Assembly (NCBI RefSeq): GCF_009834535.1
Contig: NC_045697.1
Location: 90,150,001 to 90,214,000, forward strand
From: Camelus ferus
Lineage: Eukaryota
Direction: 5' to 3'
Length of the DNA: 64,000 nt
Each line of letters starts with the position of its first letter. Positions within the stretch are counted from its first letter, which is position 1. Shown here piece after piece: positions 38,525 to 51,939 of this stretch. The notes under the pieces were generated by a model, which was not told where the DNA came from, did not search any database, and saw only the letters and a program-made list of their open reading frames with translations. Both the position numbers and the translations under genes were made by a program.

Positions 38525-39744
38525 CTATTAAGGAAAAAGATTGTGGGGTAGTTTTTTTTTGGGGGGGGGGGATTACTTGTTTAAATACTCTAATTTTGTT
38601 TTAGTTGCCTAAGTCAACCTGTGAAAGAGCAGGGTTCTGGTTCTCACCTCTCCTCTCCTCTTCATTCCAGGAGGGTACAAAATTTTTAAAGGCAAAAAAA
38701 GCAATCTGTACTGGACAAAGCATCGACGACCAGCAGGCAGAACAACCCCTAGTGGTTTTGTAGAAAAAGGAAGTACGCATTTTCACAATAAGAAAAAAGC
38801 TGTGAGCCAAGAGAATGTTCTTAAAGACTAGAAAGTATAATGTTTTTTATTTCCAGTCCAGCCTGAAACAGGCCTCTATGAGTCCCCAGGACTATCCTTC
38901 TCCATAAAGGAGGCTTTGCCATCTCATTGCAAACTGAGTTTTCATTCATTTGGAAAATATGTCTACATTCTAACTGCAAATTAAAAAAAAAAAAGTCACA
39001 GTCATAACAGAGGAGAACTAAAATGTGGCTTACATAATTTTTTTTTAAATTAAAAATAATGCCCCATCTCCCAGGATCCCTGTCAGACCATCACTCAGTC
39101 AAGGTTACTGGGCAATAACTGGCTTCTATGCATGAGGTTTTAAATCAAATCTTGCTCTAAAGGCTGAGAGGTTTAGGAGAACTGCCTAATTCATGAACTG
39201 ATCCTTTCAAAAACCATGTGCTCTGTATAAAGACACAATCTAAACTACTGCTTCTAGTTGAACTCTATATAGATATACTATATTCGGGTATAGGGGGATA
39301 AGATGAAACATTATAGCTTTCAGCAAAATAAATAAAACTAATTATTTTTTATAATCTGAAATTATTTAGCTTTCTAATAGCATAAAAACATTGATGCAAG
39401 TTGAACTGTGCCAAAATTACAGTATTCTCTATCAGGAGTTGTATTTCTCTTTGCCATGATGAGCTAAGTAGCCCTTGAAACCTAGATGACACTGTTGTGA
39501 ACTTCCCTGGTTTTGTCAATCTTAGGTTCTTTTTGGTTGAAAACAACAATCAATGACGGAGAAGAGGGTTAGCTACTCCCCAGAACTTCATCGGTTCTAA
39601 CTGAAGCAAGTTTCAAGCCAGATTCTTCCCCACATGTAGACAATCACTAAATAAGCAGACAGAAGAATTCCTTCAACATGTATAAACTTGATAAAGTCCC
39701 AGCTCTACCCTTTTGGGCACCTTTGCATGAAAAGTTAATTCAGC

Positions 39745-39900
39745 CAGGACTGGCTAAATGGTCTGTTGAGCCCAATGTAAAATAAAAGTGGGGAGTTCCT
39801 TCTTCAAAAATTGTAAAATTTCAGGATGGCAACAGCCAAGTGTTAAAACAAGTGTGAGTCCCTTCCAAGCACAGGTCACATGAGTATGAAGTCTAGTCAT
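39745..39900. mobile_element. MER53-like hAT MITE
   Basis: caggactggcta...gcccaatgtaaaataaaa...ttcaaaaattg...tttcaggatggcaacagc...gcacaggtcaca...atgaag. Confidence 0.75.
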
Positions 39901-41109
39901 GCACTCAGCAGAGACACAAGATCCTGGAAACAAGATTCTATGACTTTACAGTCAGTATCAAGCAACAAGAGATTTTCCTGAATCAATGGCTAGACAAAAA
40001 ACTGATTTGAAATCAAGCCTGAGGTGCCATCCGTAACTGTAAAACCTTCGAATCTTCCTATTAAGATCAAGTATGGGGAAGAAGCATCTCTAAAATGTTT
40101 AGCCAATCCACATACACCAGATAGTTTTAATTTTACTATTGGGAGCCCATTTTTAAGATTCCTCATGCTGCTTAGCATGCCACTATTTACAAGGGGAAAC
40201 TCATTTTTAATGTTCAGTATGCTTATTAGCAAAATCAGATACTGATACAAATAACAGAAGTTCTCACAGCTAGTAGTTAAACAGCTACCTCTGTATAACT
40301 GGTGCTTAAAATATAGAAAACAATTCCTGAATGGTGCCTTTCTGATTAGGGAAACAAGCTGCCCCTGGAGTGAAGCTTAAACCAACTGGTACATAGGTAA
40401 TCACTCTGACTATAAGTGTACCTAAATCACAGCCATTATAAAAGACAGTGACCTCCAAAGAAGATGTACTACAAACAAAAGAAGATACTGGAAGGTGTAG
40501 TGTGGCTTCAATCAAAACTAGGAATTCTCAATCAGATAAAAAAAAAAAAAAAGGTAAGAGAAAGTATTATAATCACTACAGATGAGTAAAGAAATGTAAT
40601 ATGTGGGGGGAAAAGTGATGAGGTGGTGTCTAAATTTGCAGTGTTTGATTATTATTGGTTGATGAAATATAGTATCTTCTTGATCTAGTGATGAAGCAAG
40701 TTATCATCCAGGATGATGCTACAATTCTGTTTATATCTTCAGGATTTGAGTGTTGTCAGCACAACCCTCCTGTGGGATCCAGGACCCAAAATTTAAAGAG
40801 AAACTTTCCCTTACTTCCCCCTTGCCTCCTCCTTCTGTTCTCACAGACACATCTCTTGGACCAGAAGTTCCTGAAAAAAATGTAACAATTAAGCAAAGCT
40901 TCCAGAAGCCCCTAGCCAAGAACAAAAGGATAATTAACACAAAAATTCCAAAGATTAAGAATAGAAACCTTAGTCTTGGAAAAAAGGAAGAAGTGACATG
41001 GTAAACACAGAACAAAAATAAAACCCAAGAAGTAGTCAGTCAATAAGATTCACAGAGAGAGCTGGAAAGTGCAGGTCAAAGGACAGGTTCAAAAAATTTG
41101 AGATTTTAA

Positions 41110-41146
41110 CAATGTCTTTCCTTCCCACAATGTCTTTCCTTCCCAC
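41110..41146 (+). repeat. 18-bp tandem duplication (caatgtctttccttccca x2) at an LTR edge
   Basis: Directly visible. Confidence 0.9.
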
Positions 41147-41670
41147 TTCACCAAGTCCAAGCTTATACTACTGTCCACACAACAGGCCAATAAATCAAGA
41201 GACGAGTTGTTGGACTTTATTTGGAAAGCCAGCAGACTGAAAAGATGGTGGATTAGTATCCCACAGAACCATCTTTGGTTTCCATGATCCAAACCAGGTT
41301 TGGATGTTAGGTTCTTTTACAGAGCAAAAAGGGGGAGGGGATGAGGAGGTAAAGTTTAAAAGGTGATTAAGTTGTTGCAAATATTTCCTGATTCAGGCCA
41401 GACTCTGGAGGGGATGTGTTAATTTCTTCCTTCCTGCAGCCATTCCTAGGTGGCCCTGGTCAGGATGTTTCCTGTGAGCTTAAATAAAGGTACTTTAGCT
41501 TAATGCTCAGGCATGGGAGGCAGGGTTCCCAGAGATGGCCCATTATGTATACTTTAAGCTATAGGTAATATCCCTTTGGTGATTAACCTGTAGTAAAAGC
41601 AACAGAATACAAAGGTTAAAGTGAAAGAAACAGACCTAATATGGAGTCCAATTTGTTCTTCCCTCTAACA
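41147..41670 (-). mobile_element. ERV1-class solo LTR (MER41-like, artiodactyl type)
   Basis: Minus strand starts TGTTAGAGGGAAGAACAAATTGGACTCCAT; ctggctttccaaataaagtc poly(A) signal; gatttattggcctg near the end. Confidence 0.75.
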
Positions 41671-41699
41671 CCATCAGAGAGGGTCAAGTTTTTATCATT

Positions 41700-41880
41700 A
41701 TACCCTAGTTATTCCTCATAACAACTGGCAGGAGCACTTAATGACCACCTTCTTTTCCAGATGAGAAGACAGATTAACTAATTTACCCATGATCACACAG
41801 CAAATAAATGGCAGCCCTTAGTTAAAACTCAGGTCTAACTCCACAGTTTCTAATCTTAACACTACTCTATGTTGTCTCAT
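41700..41880 (-). mobile_element. MIR SINE
   Basis: tttccagatgagaagac...gatcacacagc...actcaggtctaactcca. Confidence 0.75.
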
Positions 41881-43214
41881 GTTGAAAGGGGATGAAAGTA
41901 GTTATAGGGGATGGAGCAGGGATGGGACACTGATTACCAGGCATGAATGGAAAGAGAACTGCAGGGATGGATGACAGATACATAGACAAACAGATAATCA
42001 CAATGTCCAAATCCTCCATCCTAGAAATAACATAAAGGCAACTTTGCTCCTCTCAGTTGATAGCACAAGTTTAAAAATGCCAGTCCAATAGTTCTGGATG
42101 TAGGAAATAGGATTGTGTTAGCAAGTCAAGGTTGGTGTCTTTCCATGACATTTAGAACCAGGAGCAACAGAAACTTAATTCTATCGTCACAAGCCTATTA
42201 TAAATTTATAAAGTTAAGTTCTTTATATAATATTCAATCATTGTTTCCGAAAAGTCCATAAAATACTTCACAATTCTTTGGTGTATGGATAAATATTACA
42301 TAAGTTAGTCAGAAACAGACAGGAATAAGCTACAGGACAAAGGACACAGACTACAATAAAACTTGGTCAATATTTCCTGGGTGCCATTTTAAAAGACACC
42401 ATGATGCAAAGAAACTGAAAACTGTGTGAACTCTTTCTATGCTACCAAGATGTGCATTTGGTAAAAAGTTCAAAATAGAACCATTTAAAATTAGCAGTAT
42501 TAAATACACAATGAGAATTGAGAAAATACCATGTTTTTCAGAGAAATAATTTACAAATTAGCAGTAGAAGCATGTAAAATGATTATATAAATGAGGTTTT
42601 CATTCTGAGCAAATGGCTTGACTGAGGTAAAAAGTGGTTGTTTGCAGATGAAAGAAAAACAGAAAAGAGAACTCTGTGTCTCTTGTTGAACATCGTGATC
42701 CAGAGTGCATATGACTCTACAGAGAGGAATTACTTGATGTTGTTGCTTAACCAAATAATCCTTGCAGAGATGTCCAGAGGCTATACCACAGCTTCCCGTT
42801 CCCTGTTCTGAGATTTTCTGACCCGTAAATTCTCCCCAAACTAATTTTGCCTGAGTTGATATTGCGTGAGCACTTCTGTTTTGCTTTATTTTTGCATTCC
42901 AAACTGTACATCTGTCTTTGGATTTTTTGAGGCTTCTTCTTAACCTGCTGGTTTCACACTAAATGCCCCACTGTATGATGGAAATAAAATGTTCCACTGT
43001 GCACTTTTTCCACTTACTGAATCAGAAGTTACATAAAGGCATAAATCTTAGTAGAATTTAGTGGATATAAATTTAAGAATTGCTTATTTCAAATAAAATA
43101 ATATAGATCTATTCTGCAGAAGCAAATTATACACTCTTGACATAAAACAACAGCAGCTGAACCTAAAAATAAAGAGCCTAAAATAAGGTGGTATAGCACT
43201 TGGAATGGAAATAA

Positions 43215-43455
43215 TAATAATAATATATAGAATTTATTGAGCACCATTATTCTAGGACGTAACATTTTATCTTTTAATCTATGAGTTATATGGCTAAAAA
43301 TATTGCCATCTCCAATTTACAAATGAGGAAGCTGAGACACAGAAAGCTTATGAAAATTACCCAAAGTCACACAGCAGTTTGCAGTAAAGCCCTAACTTGA
43401 ACTCAAGCGGTCTGTATGTAGAGACCAGGACCTAACAGCTCTGCACATTGCCTCT
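43215..43455 (-). mobile_element. MIR SINE
   Basis: atttattgagcacc...ttacaaatgaggaagctgagacacagaaag...cccaaagtcacacagc. Confidence 0.85.
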
Positions 43456-43589
43456 CAGTCTGGGTGAAAAGACCAAGAAATGCTGCTTATACAGAACTCA
43501 CCCAATGGCAACTAACTAGATAAAGGAAACTGGATAAATGTCAAATACAACTCCAAAATTAGATAACAAGAATAGCGTTGTCATCAAAG

Positions 43590-44000
43590 TAAACAGAGTT
43601 TGGGGAGTGTTGAGTTCAAGTTCCAGCAGAACTATCAGGTGGAGATGTCAAGGAAACACTTAGAAATACAGGTCTAGAACTCAGAGGAAAAGACCTCAGA
43701 TAGATAAATGGGAGCCATCTTCACAGAGGAGATGTTTAGAAAATTGGAAGCAGATAAGATACTCCAAGGAAAATAACAGAAAAAGAATAGTGGTCAGAAT
43801 ATATACAACCTTAAGAATGCTTCCATCTAGGTGGTAAGAATAATAGTAGAAAACGAGTACAGGCTGTGTTGAAGAGGAAAGAACATTTCAGGAGACAGAG
43901 GTCAACACTGCATGATATAGAGAAATGGGAACAGAGATTAGTCTACTGTACTTGATATTTAGAAGGTATGTCAAGAACTTCAAGACAGTGGTTTCATTTT
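43590..44000 (-). mobile_element. L2 LINE fragment
   Basis: tgttgagttcaag...caggtggagatgtca...aaatacaggtctagaactcagagg. Confidence 0.75.
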
Positions 44001-44039
44001 AGTAGTGAATATTGTTACAAACAATTTGGATAAAAGCAA

Positions 44040-44260
44040 AAAATAAAATGCGTTGATCAAATGCACAGATGTCATAAGGATAAAAAATCAGATGCAACAA
44101 TGAAAAATTTAATTTGCTATAAGGAGAAGCCAAAATTAGCATGATGAAATTTAGTAGGGGCAAGTAAAATATTGTATATAGTCTAAAAAATAGATTTCCT
44201 ACAAAAACTGTGAGAAGCTGAATTATCAGTAACTCATATAAAAATGATGTGGGTGATTTT
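44040..44260 (+). mobile_element. L3/CR1 LINE, RT C-terminal fragment
   Basis: ttgatcaaatgcacagatg (LIKFADD-like) and atgaaatttagtaggggcaagt (MKFNRDKC-like). Confidence 0.55.
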
Positions 44261-44264
44261 TTTT

Positions 44265-44640
44265 AATTTGAATTTTCCTTTTATAATAAAGTTAATACAA
44301 CCATATTATGAAAGATTTATTTATATAGATTTTTTTTTCAAAACCTTATATAATCTCACTACCTTAACAAGAACAGTGTAAGCATTGTTATGTTCACTTA
44401 TAATACTTTTGTCTCCCTTTTGTCTTTTATACATGCAAGTAATACAAGATATATACAATTTCATATACTGTTTTTTTCACTTAACATTGTATCATTAGCA
44501 ATTTACATATTGTATGATTATATTAACATTTATATGTTTTATTGGTTATGTAATAATTTTCCAACCACTTAATACAACATAATTTACCTACCCAATTCTC
44601 TCATTTTAAAGACTGTTTTCAGTTTTTCACTTTAGATACA
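44265..44640 (-). mobile_element. Old L1ME-type 3' UTR fragment
   Basis: ttttttcacttaacattgtatc...ttttattggttatgtaat...aacataatttacc. Confidence 0.6.
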
Positions 44641-44936
44641 GTATTATACTGGCTTTAAAAATTAACTGGGATAATTTTAATATTTTCTATTCATCAGTAC
44701 AATTCATATTTTATATTTATATTTTGTATATGTTATTTTTATGTTTTATGGAAGGATGATTATCTGATTCATCAAATGTTAAATGGAGTCACCTATATTT
44801 CTAAATTTATTCTACACTTGTTAGTCTTACATTTGAAGTCTCATATTTCTAATTTAAATTTTGGTGTTTGATATTTTCCCAGATTTTTTTTTTCCATTTC
44901 ACTTAGATTTTCTAGATTTATTAGACTAGAACTGCA

Positions 44937-45227
44937 AGAGGTAGAAAACATTTTCTGTAAAAGACCAAATAATAAATATTGCAGGTTTTGTGAATTATAC
45001 TATCTCTGTCATAACTAGTCAACTCTGCTGTTTTAGTATAGAAGAAGCCATAGAGATGGCATAAACAGATGGGTGGGGCTGTATTCCAATAAAACTTTAT
45101 TTAGACGCTCATATTTCTCATAGATGAATTTTCAAATTCATGAAGTTTGAGTTTTGTATAATTTTCACATCACAAAATGTTATTCTTTTCATTAGTTCAA
45201 CAATTTAAAACTGTAAATATCATTCTT
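44937..45227. mobile_element. MER58B-like hAT-Charlie element (partial)
   Basis: aacattttctgtaaaagaccaaataataaatatt...caactctgctg...ggctgtattccaataaaactttattt...ataattttcac. Confidence 0.85.
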
Positions 45228-45229
45228 CA

Positions 45230-46220
45230 CTTCTATCCCTTCCAAAATTAAGGTCAATCTGCTGTGTCTGACTCCCCCTACCATTCAGAAAGAAGCTGAA
45301 TGCTTCATGGGCATCTTTAGTTTATGGAGAGAACATGTATCTCATTTAGGCATGCTTCTCTGATCCTTTTTCCAAGTAAGCCAAAGAGCTGCTAGTTTTG
45401 AATGGCACCCAGAACAAGATAAGGTACTATAACTTTCCAAAGATGATGTGCAAGCAGCTGTGAGACTTGGTGACATGGTCCCACTAACCCAGTAGTCCTT
45501 AGAGTGTCTCAGGCAGATAGGAATGCTGTATGGAGCTCTTGTCAGGCCTCTATAGGTAAATCACAGTACAGACCTATTGGATTTTAAACAAAGCTCTGCT
45601 CTCCCCTGAAGATAACTATTCTCCTTTTGAAAAAATAAATAAATAAATAAAGCTTTTGGTATGCTACCGGACCTTAATAGAGACTGAAGGTTTGGCAACA
45701 GCCCACAAAGTTACCATATGACTTGAGCGTCCCATCTTGAATTGGGTGTTGTCTAAATCATCATATCTTAAATTTGGGCCTATACTGCAACATTCATCAT
45801 CCAATAAAAGTGGAATATATAAAATTAGGCTTGAGCAGATTCTTAAATCCACACGTAAATTGCATGAGCAAGTACCTTAGAGTCCGTGGACCCTATTCCT
45901 GCTACATTATCTTCTTTCTCCTCTCTCTCAACCTGCACCTATGCTCTCATGGGGGTTCTTCATGACTATCTGACTGCAGAGAAAAACAATGGGCCATATT
46001 TAGAGACGGTTCTACATGATATGCTGGCAATATACAAAGTAGACAGCGACATCTTACAGTCCCAATCTGGAGGAGCCAAGAAGGAAAATTATGATGTTAT
46101 ATCTTCACAGTAAGCATGAATTCAATTAGATATGATTATTCACCTTGCCTAGAAGGGGAGATTGCCAGAGTGACCTCTACTGTTTCATGAGTGGAGGCTA
46201 ATAGTTTTGCTAGATGCTGA
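45230..46220 (+). mobile_element. ERV-L pol remnant (RT thumb/connection to RNase H), degenerate
   Basis: Degenerate translation resembles ERV-L pol: LTPPTIQKEAECFMGIFSLWREHVSHLG, AASFEWHPEQ, DNYSPFEK, ALIETE. Confidence 0.85.
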
Positions 46221-46799
46221 GGGGCTTTCTTTAACATCAAAAATAGAGAACACCAAAGGATGTTCCTTATTCTCTTCTTTCCTGTGATGGCTTATACATT
46301 CCAGATTACTGTACCCCTCTGCCTGTCATTGTCACCACTGGCCATGTTTCATTAACTATAAAGTTATAGAATTGATATAGATAAGGATGAATATAACAGA
46401 TATAGAAAGAAAAATTGTAGGGACAGATGAGAAGTAGTAAGTTGTTCATCTTATCAAACTTCTCATACAATAGAGCATTTGCTATTGGTTTTCTAACTAA
46501 TGAAAGTGTAAATCTTTGAAGAATGGGCAAGTAATGGAAGAAGTAGAAATCTACCTTTCTAGTATCTGAACCTCCCATTTTATTTCTGGTCTCATCCACT
46601 CTCTACTTAATCAAAACCTTTTCTACAGTCTAGAATAATATTGATTCCTTTCATGAATCTATGCACATTCAAAATTATTTTGATTAAATTTGGAAAAAGC
46701 AAATCTAGCTAAATTGCAATTTAGCCCAAAAGTCAAGGCTAGTTCTTCAACACCAAGAGCTTTGATTAAATATATTATCTAGAAGTGTACATCTTAGAA

Positions 46800-47150
46800 G
46801 TAGAAAAAACTGGAGGCCACGTGCTTGAATAGTGGTAGTGGTAAAAGGAACTTTATATCCAACAAAGAGAAGACATAAGGGTGAGGCACCATGATAAAAT
46901 GGCTGCTTTCAAATATTTTAAAAAACAGTCATAAGAGGCAGAGCAAAGTATCAAAAGGTGTACCTGTGTATTGATTAATAAATTTGATGACACTAAAATG
47001 TAGATTTTGATTCAATACAAAAAAAAAAAAGACACAAAAGAATTAATCAAGCAGAGGCTAGATAATCAATAATCATGGGTTTTATGGAAGGGATCCCTGC
47101 ACTGAGAAGTTTGATCCATTCTATATAATAACCTTAAATCTTGTCAATGT
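46800..47150 (+). mobile_element. L3/CR1 3' fragment
   Basis: agagaagac...gctgctttcaaatatttt...tagattttgattcaatac...tcaagcagaggctagat. Confidence 0.55.
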
Positions 47151-48088
47151 TTTAATTTCAGGAGAAAAGACAGCTCCTCTGAAACAGAAAATTTCTTTTC
47201 CAACCTGTAACACTATCTTCTAAATGACAGTTATTGAAAGAAAGGATTTTATGAACAAAAAATGTCAAATAAATATTAGAAGGGTTTTTTTGCTAATTAA
47301 TAGGCAAAAAAGCATTCCCAGAAATTCCTCTAAGCTAAATGATGTATAGAGAAATTTTTCTGTAATATCCCCTGAGCCAACTATTACCTAACAAAGCTCT
47401 GATTTATACAGTAGAAGCCAGTCTCACTTGGCAGAGAAACTCCACACTATGGGAAGAATCACAAGGTTTAACCATATTACAGATTAAAGATTTCTCTTAA
47501 AACTTGGTAAAAGAAATATTTTGAAGGACTCACTTTCTGGATATTGAATGCTTAGACACTGGAAATAGTTAGAAATACATATGTCAGTTTTTCTTCAGAG
47601 AGTTCAAGACCCAGGGGTCTCATTAAGCACACCTGAAAGAATTATGATGTCTGATAATTAATTCCACACATACTGTTTTATTCTGTTAGGTTTTATACCT
47701 CAATGCAAGCAAAGCAAAGGAAAGAAAACAATCAGGGATTCAGAATTCTCTCACAGCCAATCTCTACTAATAGGAAGAGAGAAGTCTACTGTGTAAGTAA
47801 ATTAGGGTGGATTTCTTACACACAGCTTCCCAAAATATACCTTCTCTTGAATTATCCAGCTTGTTATCAAGCACTTAATAACTTTACTTGACAGTAAGTG
47901 AAGAAAAAAACCATTCCTAACCTCTAACTTTCTAAATATCTATCATTCACACTTAGAAACCTTGGCACAAACCTTTCATTGGCTATCTTTTCCCAAGCTC
48001 CAATTCCTTTTTAACTGACACCCAACTCCACCTCTACCTCACTTCTCCTTTACTAGTTCCTTTACTGCCTTCAAGAGTATCTTTGTTC

Positions 48089-49725
48089 TAGTAAAATCAT
48101 AATAAAACTTATATGGAAAAATCAAAGACCTAGAATTACCAAAGCATTACTGAAGAGAAAGAAAGAGGCTGGAGGAATAACTCTCCCAGACTTCAGACAA
48201 TACTATAGAGCTACAGTCATCAAGACAGCATGGTATTGGTACAAAAACAGACATACAGACCAATGGAACAGATAGGGAGCCCAGAAATGAACCCACAAAC
48301 TTTCAGTCAACTAATCTTCAACAAAGGAGGCAAGAATATACAATGGAATAAAGATAGTCTCTTCAGCAAATGGTGTTGGGAAAACTGGACAGTAGCATGT
48401 AAAGTAAGGAAGCTAGAACACTCCCTTACACCATACACAAAAATAAACTCAAAATGGATCAGACTTAAACATAAGACAAGATACAATAAACATCCTAGAA
48501 GAAAATACAGGCAAAGCATTATCTGACATATATCTCAAAAATGTTCTCCTAGAACAGTCTACTCAAACAATAGAAATAAAAGCAAGAATAAACAAATGGG
48601 ACCTAATGAAACTTACAAGCTTCTGCACAGCAAAGGAAACCATAAATAAAACAAAAAGACAACCTACGGAATGGGAGAAAATTTTTGCAAATGAAACTGA
48701 CAAAGGCTTGATCGCCAGAATATATAAGCAGGTCATACGACTTAGTAAGAAAGAAACAAACAACCCAATCCAAAAATGGGCAGAAGACCTAAACAAGCAA
48801 TTCTCCAAGGAAGACATTCAAATGATCAATAGGCACATGAAAAAAAGCTCAATATCACTAATTATCAGAGAAACGAAAATCAAAACTACAATGAGGTATC
48901 ACCTCACACCAATTAGAATGGCCATCATTCAAAAGTCCACAAATGACACATGCTGGAGAGGCTGTGGAGAAAAGGGAATCCTCCTACACTGCTGGTGGGA
49001 ATGCAGTTTGGTGCAGCCACTGTGGAAAACAGTATGGAGATTCCTCAAAAGACTAGAAATAGACTTACCATATGACCCAGTCCTCCCAGTCCTGGGAATA
49101 TATCCAGAAGGAACCCTACTTCAAAATGACACCTGCATCCCAATGTTCATAGCAGCACTATTTACAATAGCCAAAACATGGAGACAGCCTAATGTCCACT
49201 GGCAGATGACTGGATAAAGAAGAGGTGGTATACTTATACAATGGAATACTACTCAGCCATAAAAACCGATAACATAACGCCATTTGCAGCAACACGGATG
49301 CTCCTGGAGAATGTCATTCTAAGTGAAGTAAGCCAGAAAGAGAAAGAAAAATACCATATGAGATTGCTCATATGTGGAATCAAAAACAAACAAACAAACA
49401 AAACATAAATACAAAACAGAAACAGACTCATAGACATAGAATACAAACTTGTGGTTGCCAAGGGGGCGGGGGGTGGGAAGGGATAGACTGGGGTTTCAAA
49501 ATGTAGAATAGATAAACAAGATTATACTGTATAGCACAGGGAAATATATACGAGATCTTATGGTAGCTCACAGAGAAAAAAATGTGACAATGAATATATA
49601 CATGTTCATATATAACTGAGAAATTGTGGTCTACACTGGAATTTGAAACAACATTGTAAAATGATTATTAATCAATAAAAAATGTTAAAATAAATAAATA
49701 AATAAATAAACTAAAATTTTAAAAA
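48089..49725 (+). mobile_element. Young 5'-truncated camelid-type L1 with perfect 16-bp TSD
   Basis: TSD aagagtatctttgttc at 48073-48088 and 49726-49741; ORF2 3' part, 3' UTR, AATAAA and (TAAA)n tail. Confidence 0.97.
48606..49217 (+). pseudogene. L1 ORF2 C-terminal fragment including the cysteine-rich CCHC motif (non-functional)
   Basis: FCTAKETINKTKRQPTEWEKIFAN...[18 protein letters not shown]...PMFIAALFTIAKTW is canonical L1 ORF2p. Confidence 0.95.
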
Positions 49726-50249
49726 AAGAGTATCTTTGTTCAATTCTGACTAAATCACCTATAGCCTCCATTTTCATTGGTATACTTTCTCTATCCTCCT
49801 TAATCTGACAATACCACATACCAAAATCTTCAATAAACATTAATCTTCACACTGTGTTCAATACAACTGTCAAGGAGTAAAAGTTTTACAGAATTTGTAG
49901 TCTTCATCAATAAGTAACCACCATTTTCAACAGTTATCTAATGATTTCTATTGTATAGTTAGCCTGAATTTATTTCTCCAGTTCTCCTTCCACTATCCTA
50001 GCTTATTTTTTCTCTTTCTATTCCCTATATATTATGCCTCAGATCTCAGTCTTACTCTCTTGTCTCTTCATGCATTATCTTATATTAATGTCATATACTG
50101 AACTTGTATTTTGGTTGGAAAACCTCTCAAATCTAAATAAACTAAGTCTTATCCCAAACTTCAGATATTCACATCCAATTATCATGAGTCTACCACGTTC
50201 TCCTCCTCCAACCAGCATCTTCTTCTCTATCTGTTAATTTGGTCCATTA

Positions 50250-50620
50250 GTCTCCTGATCACATGGGCAGAGTAACCCAAGGTTGAGGTTTGATTTATCC
50301 CTCCCTCTCTCTTCAACCACTTAATCAAGTTCTATTTATCCATTCTTACTAATGTTACTCACACTTGTTCCTTCTTTTCATCTCTAAAACACCTCAGTAT
50401 TTCCAATTATTGCCTACCACACTATTGTCAATGTTTCCTACTTGAGTTCCCGTTTTCCAATTCATCTCAAATCCCTTCAGTCCTGCACATCACTGACAGA
50501 TGAACCATTTCCTGCTCAGTAATGTCGATGGCTCTCTGTTGCCTCCTAAACTCATTTAAAACCTGTAGCTTAATACTGAAGGCCCCAAGTGCCCTGTATC
50601 TACCCACCAAACCCCACATC
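50250..50620 (+). mobile_element. L2 LINE fragment
   Basis: tcaagttctattt...ttattgcctaccacactattg...gatggctctctgttgcc...aaggccc. Confidence 0.6.
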
Positions 50621-51939
50621 CAACCACGAAACAAATATGCCTTGATTTACTGCTTAAAGTTCTTCAGTCACTTCTCACTGCACAAAAAATTCCATCCTGG
50701 GGCAGGGGTATGGGTAACACTGCTTTCTCCATTTCTCTAGTCTGCTAAACAGTCCAGGTCTTTAACCCACTCCTGAATCCTCCTCATTGAAGTAGTATTT
50801 ATTTTCTGATTGGAAAGTTTGAGAAAGCTCGGTTGCTTCCCCTTCTTTCTCAGTGGGAGTCAGAGAGCTAACATTTTTCTCTACTCTTCTTTGTAGTAGT
50901 TTTCACAAAAGCAGGGCTCCATGTGTGGTGACCTACATTGTGTGTGGCCACCACTGTAACTGGGTAAGTCTGCCTAATTCTGAACTTCAGTAATAAGGAG
51001 ACCACTGTTGCCACACATTCATGTCACTTTCTCCCGTATGGATCTGATCATTAATAAAGTTGATGTTTAGTTCTGCTGACACCATTTTATCACTCAACTG
51101 ATTTATAACTAAAGCTGGAAAAACAAAGATGCCATTTACAGGCCTTCTCAAGTTCAAGACAATTCATGTTTCTTATTCTGCCCACCTTTTGGCATCACCC
51201 TGCCACTTTCTGCATCCATTCTATACGCTTGCCATGCTACTTGTAACTTCCCAGATGTGCCTTCTTGTTTTCACCAGCAGAACTGTTAATCCGCCATTTC
51301 CCCAGCTTGTGTAATCCTTCCAAATTCCTGTCCTTTATTTAAAAGCCTGAAGACAATTTGAATTTTATTACCTCTTAAAAATCATCCTTGATATTTCCAA
51401 GAAACAAATCCAATCTTGGCCCAGGTGAGCCCTACTGAAAAGCCCACCAAGTTTTATAAAGCATACATATCATATCATATCTTAGTATGTCAAATCATAT
51501 AGGAGTGATTGAAATTCCTTTGAAAAGCTAACACCTAAACATATTTACTATACATTCTCTAGTTCAATATGCTTATAATTTCCCTCAAAAAGTATGTTAC
51601 TGTACAAGTCCAACAGTTAAAAGCTGAAGTGGGATTTAGATTTAATAAGGTGTTTTTAGCCAGATGATCTAGAAATACCTGAATCTTGCCCCAGACCATA
51701 GAGAATGTCCCTTCCCATAAGCCTCCTAAGGAAGCAGACCACAGGGAATATTGGCAAAGGAAAAAGAAAGAAAGGGGAAAAAATTGATTTTATTAGGCAG
51801 GCATTGGGTCCTAAACTCAAACGAAGACTGTATCAGTAAGCTAGAACCTGCTATGTGTTACGCTGCAGACCTAAAGGGCCTCTGAGTCAAAGTTGGAACC
51901 TCAGGTCTTATCTTTCTCTGACCAGCCACACAGAGGAAA

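Noticed and set aside
39990..41015. Cluster of 65-94 aa ORFs on both strands
   Set aside because: No recognisable domain, no flanking splice sites; consistent with chance.
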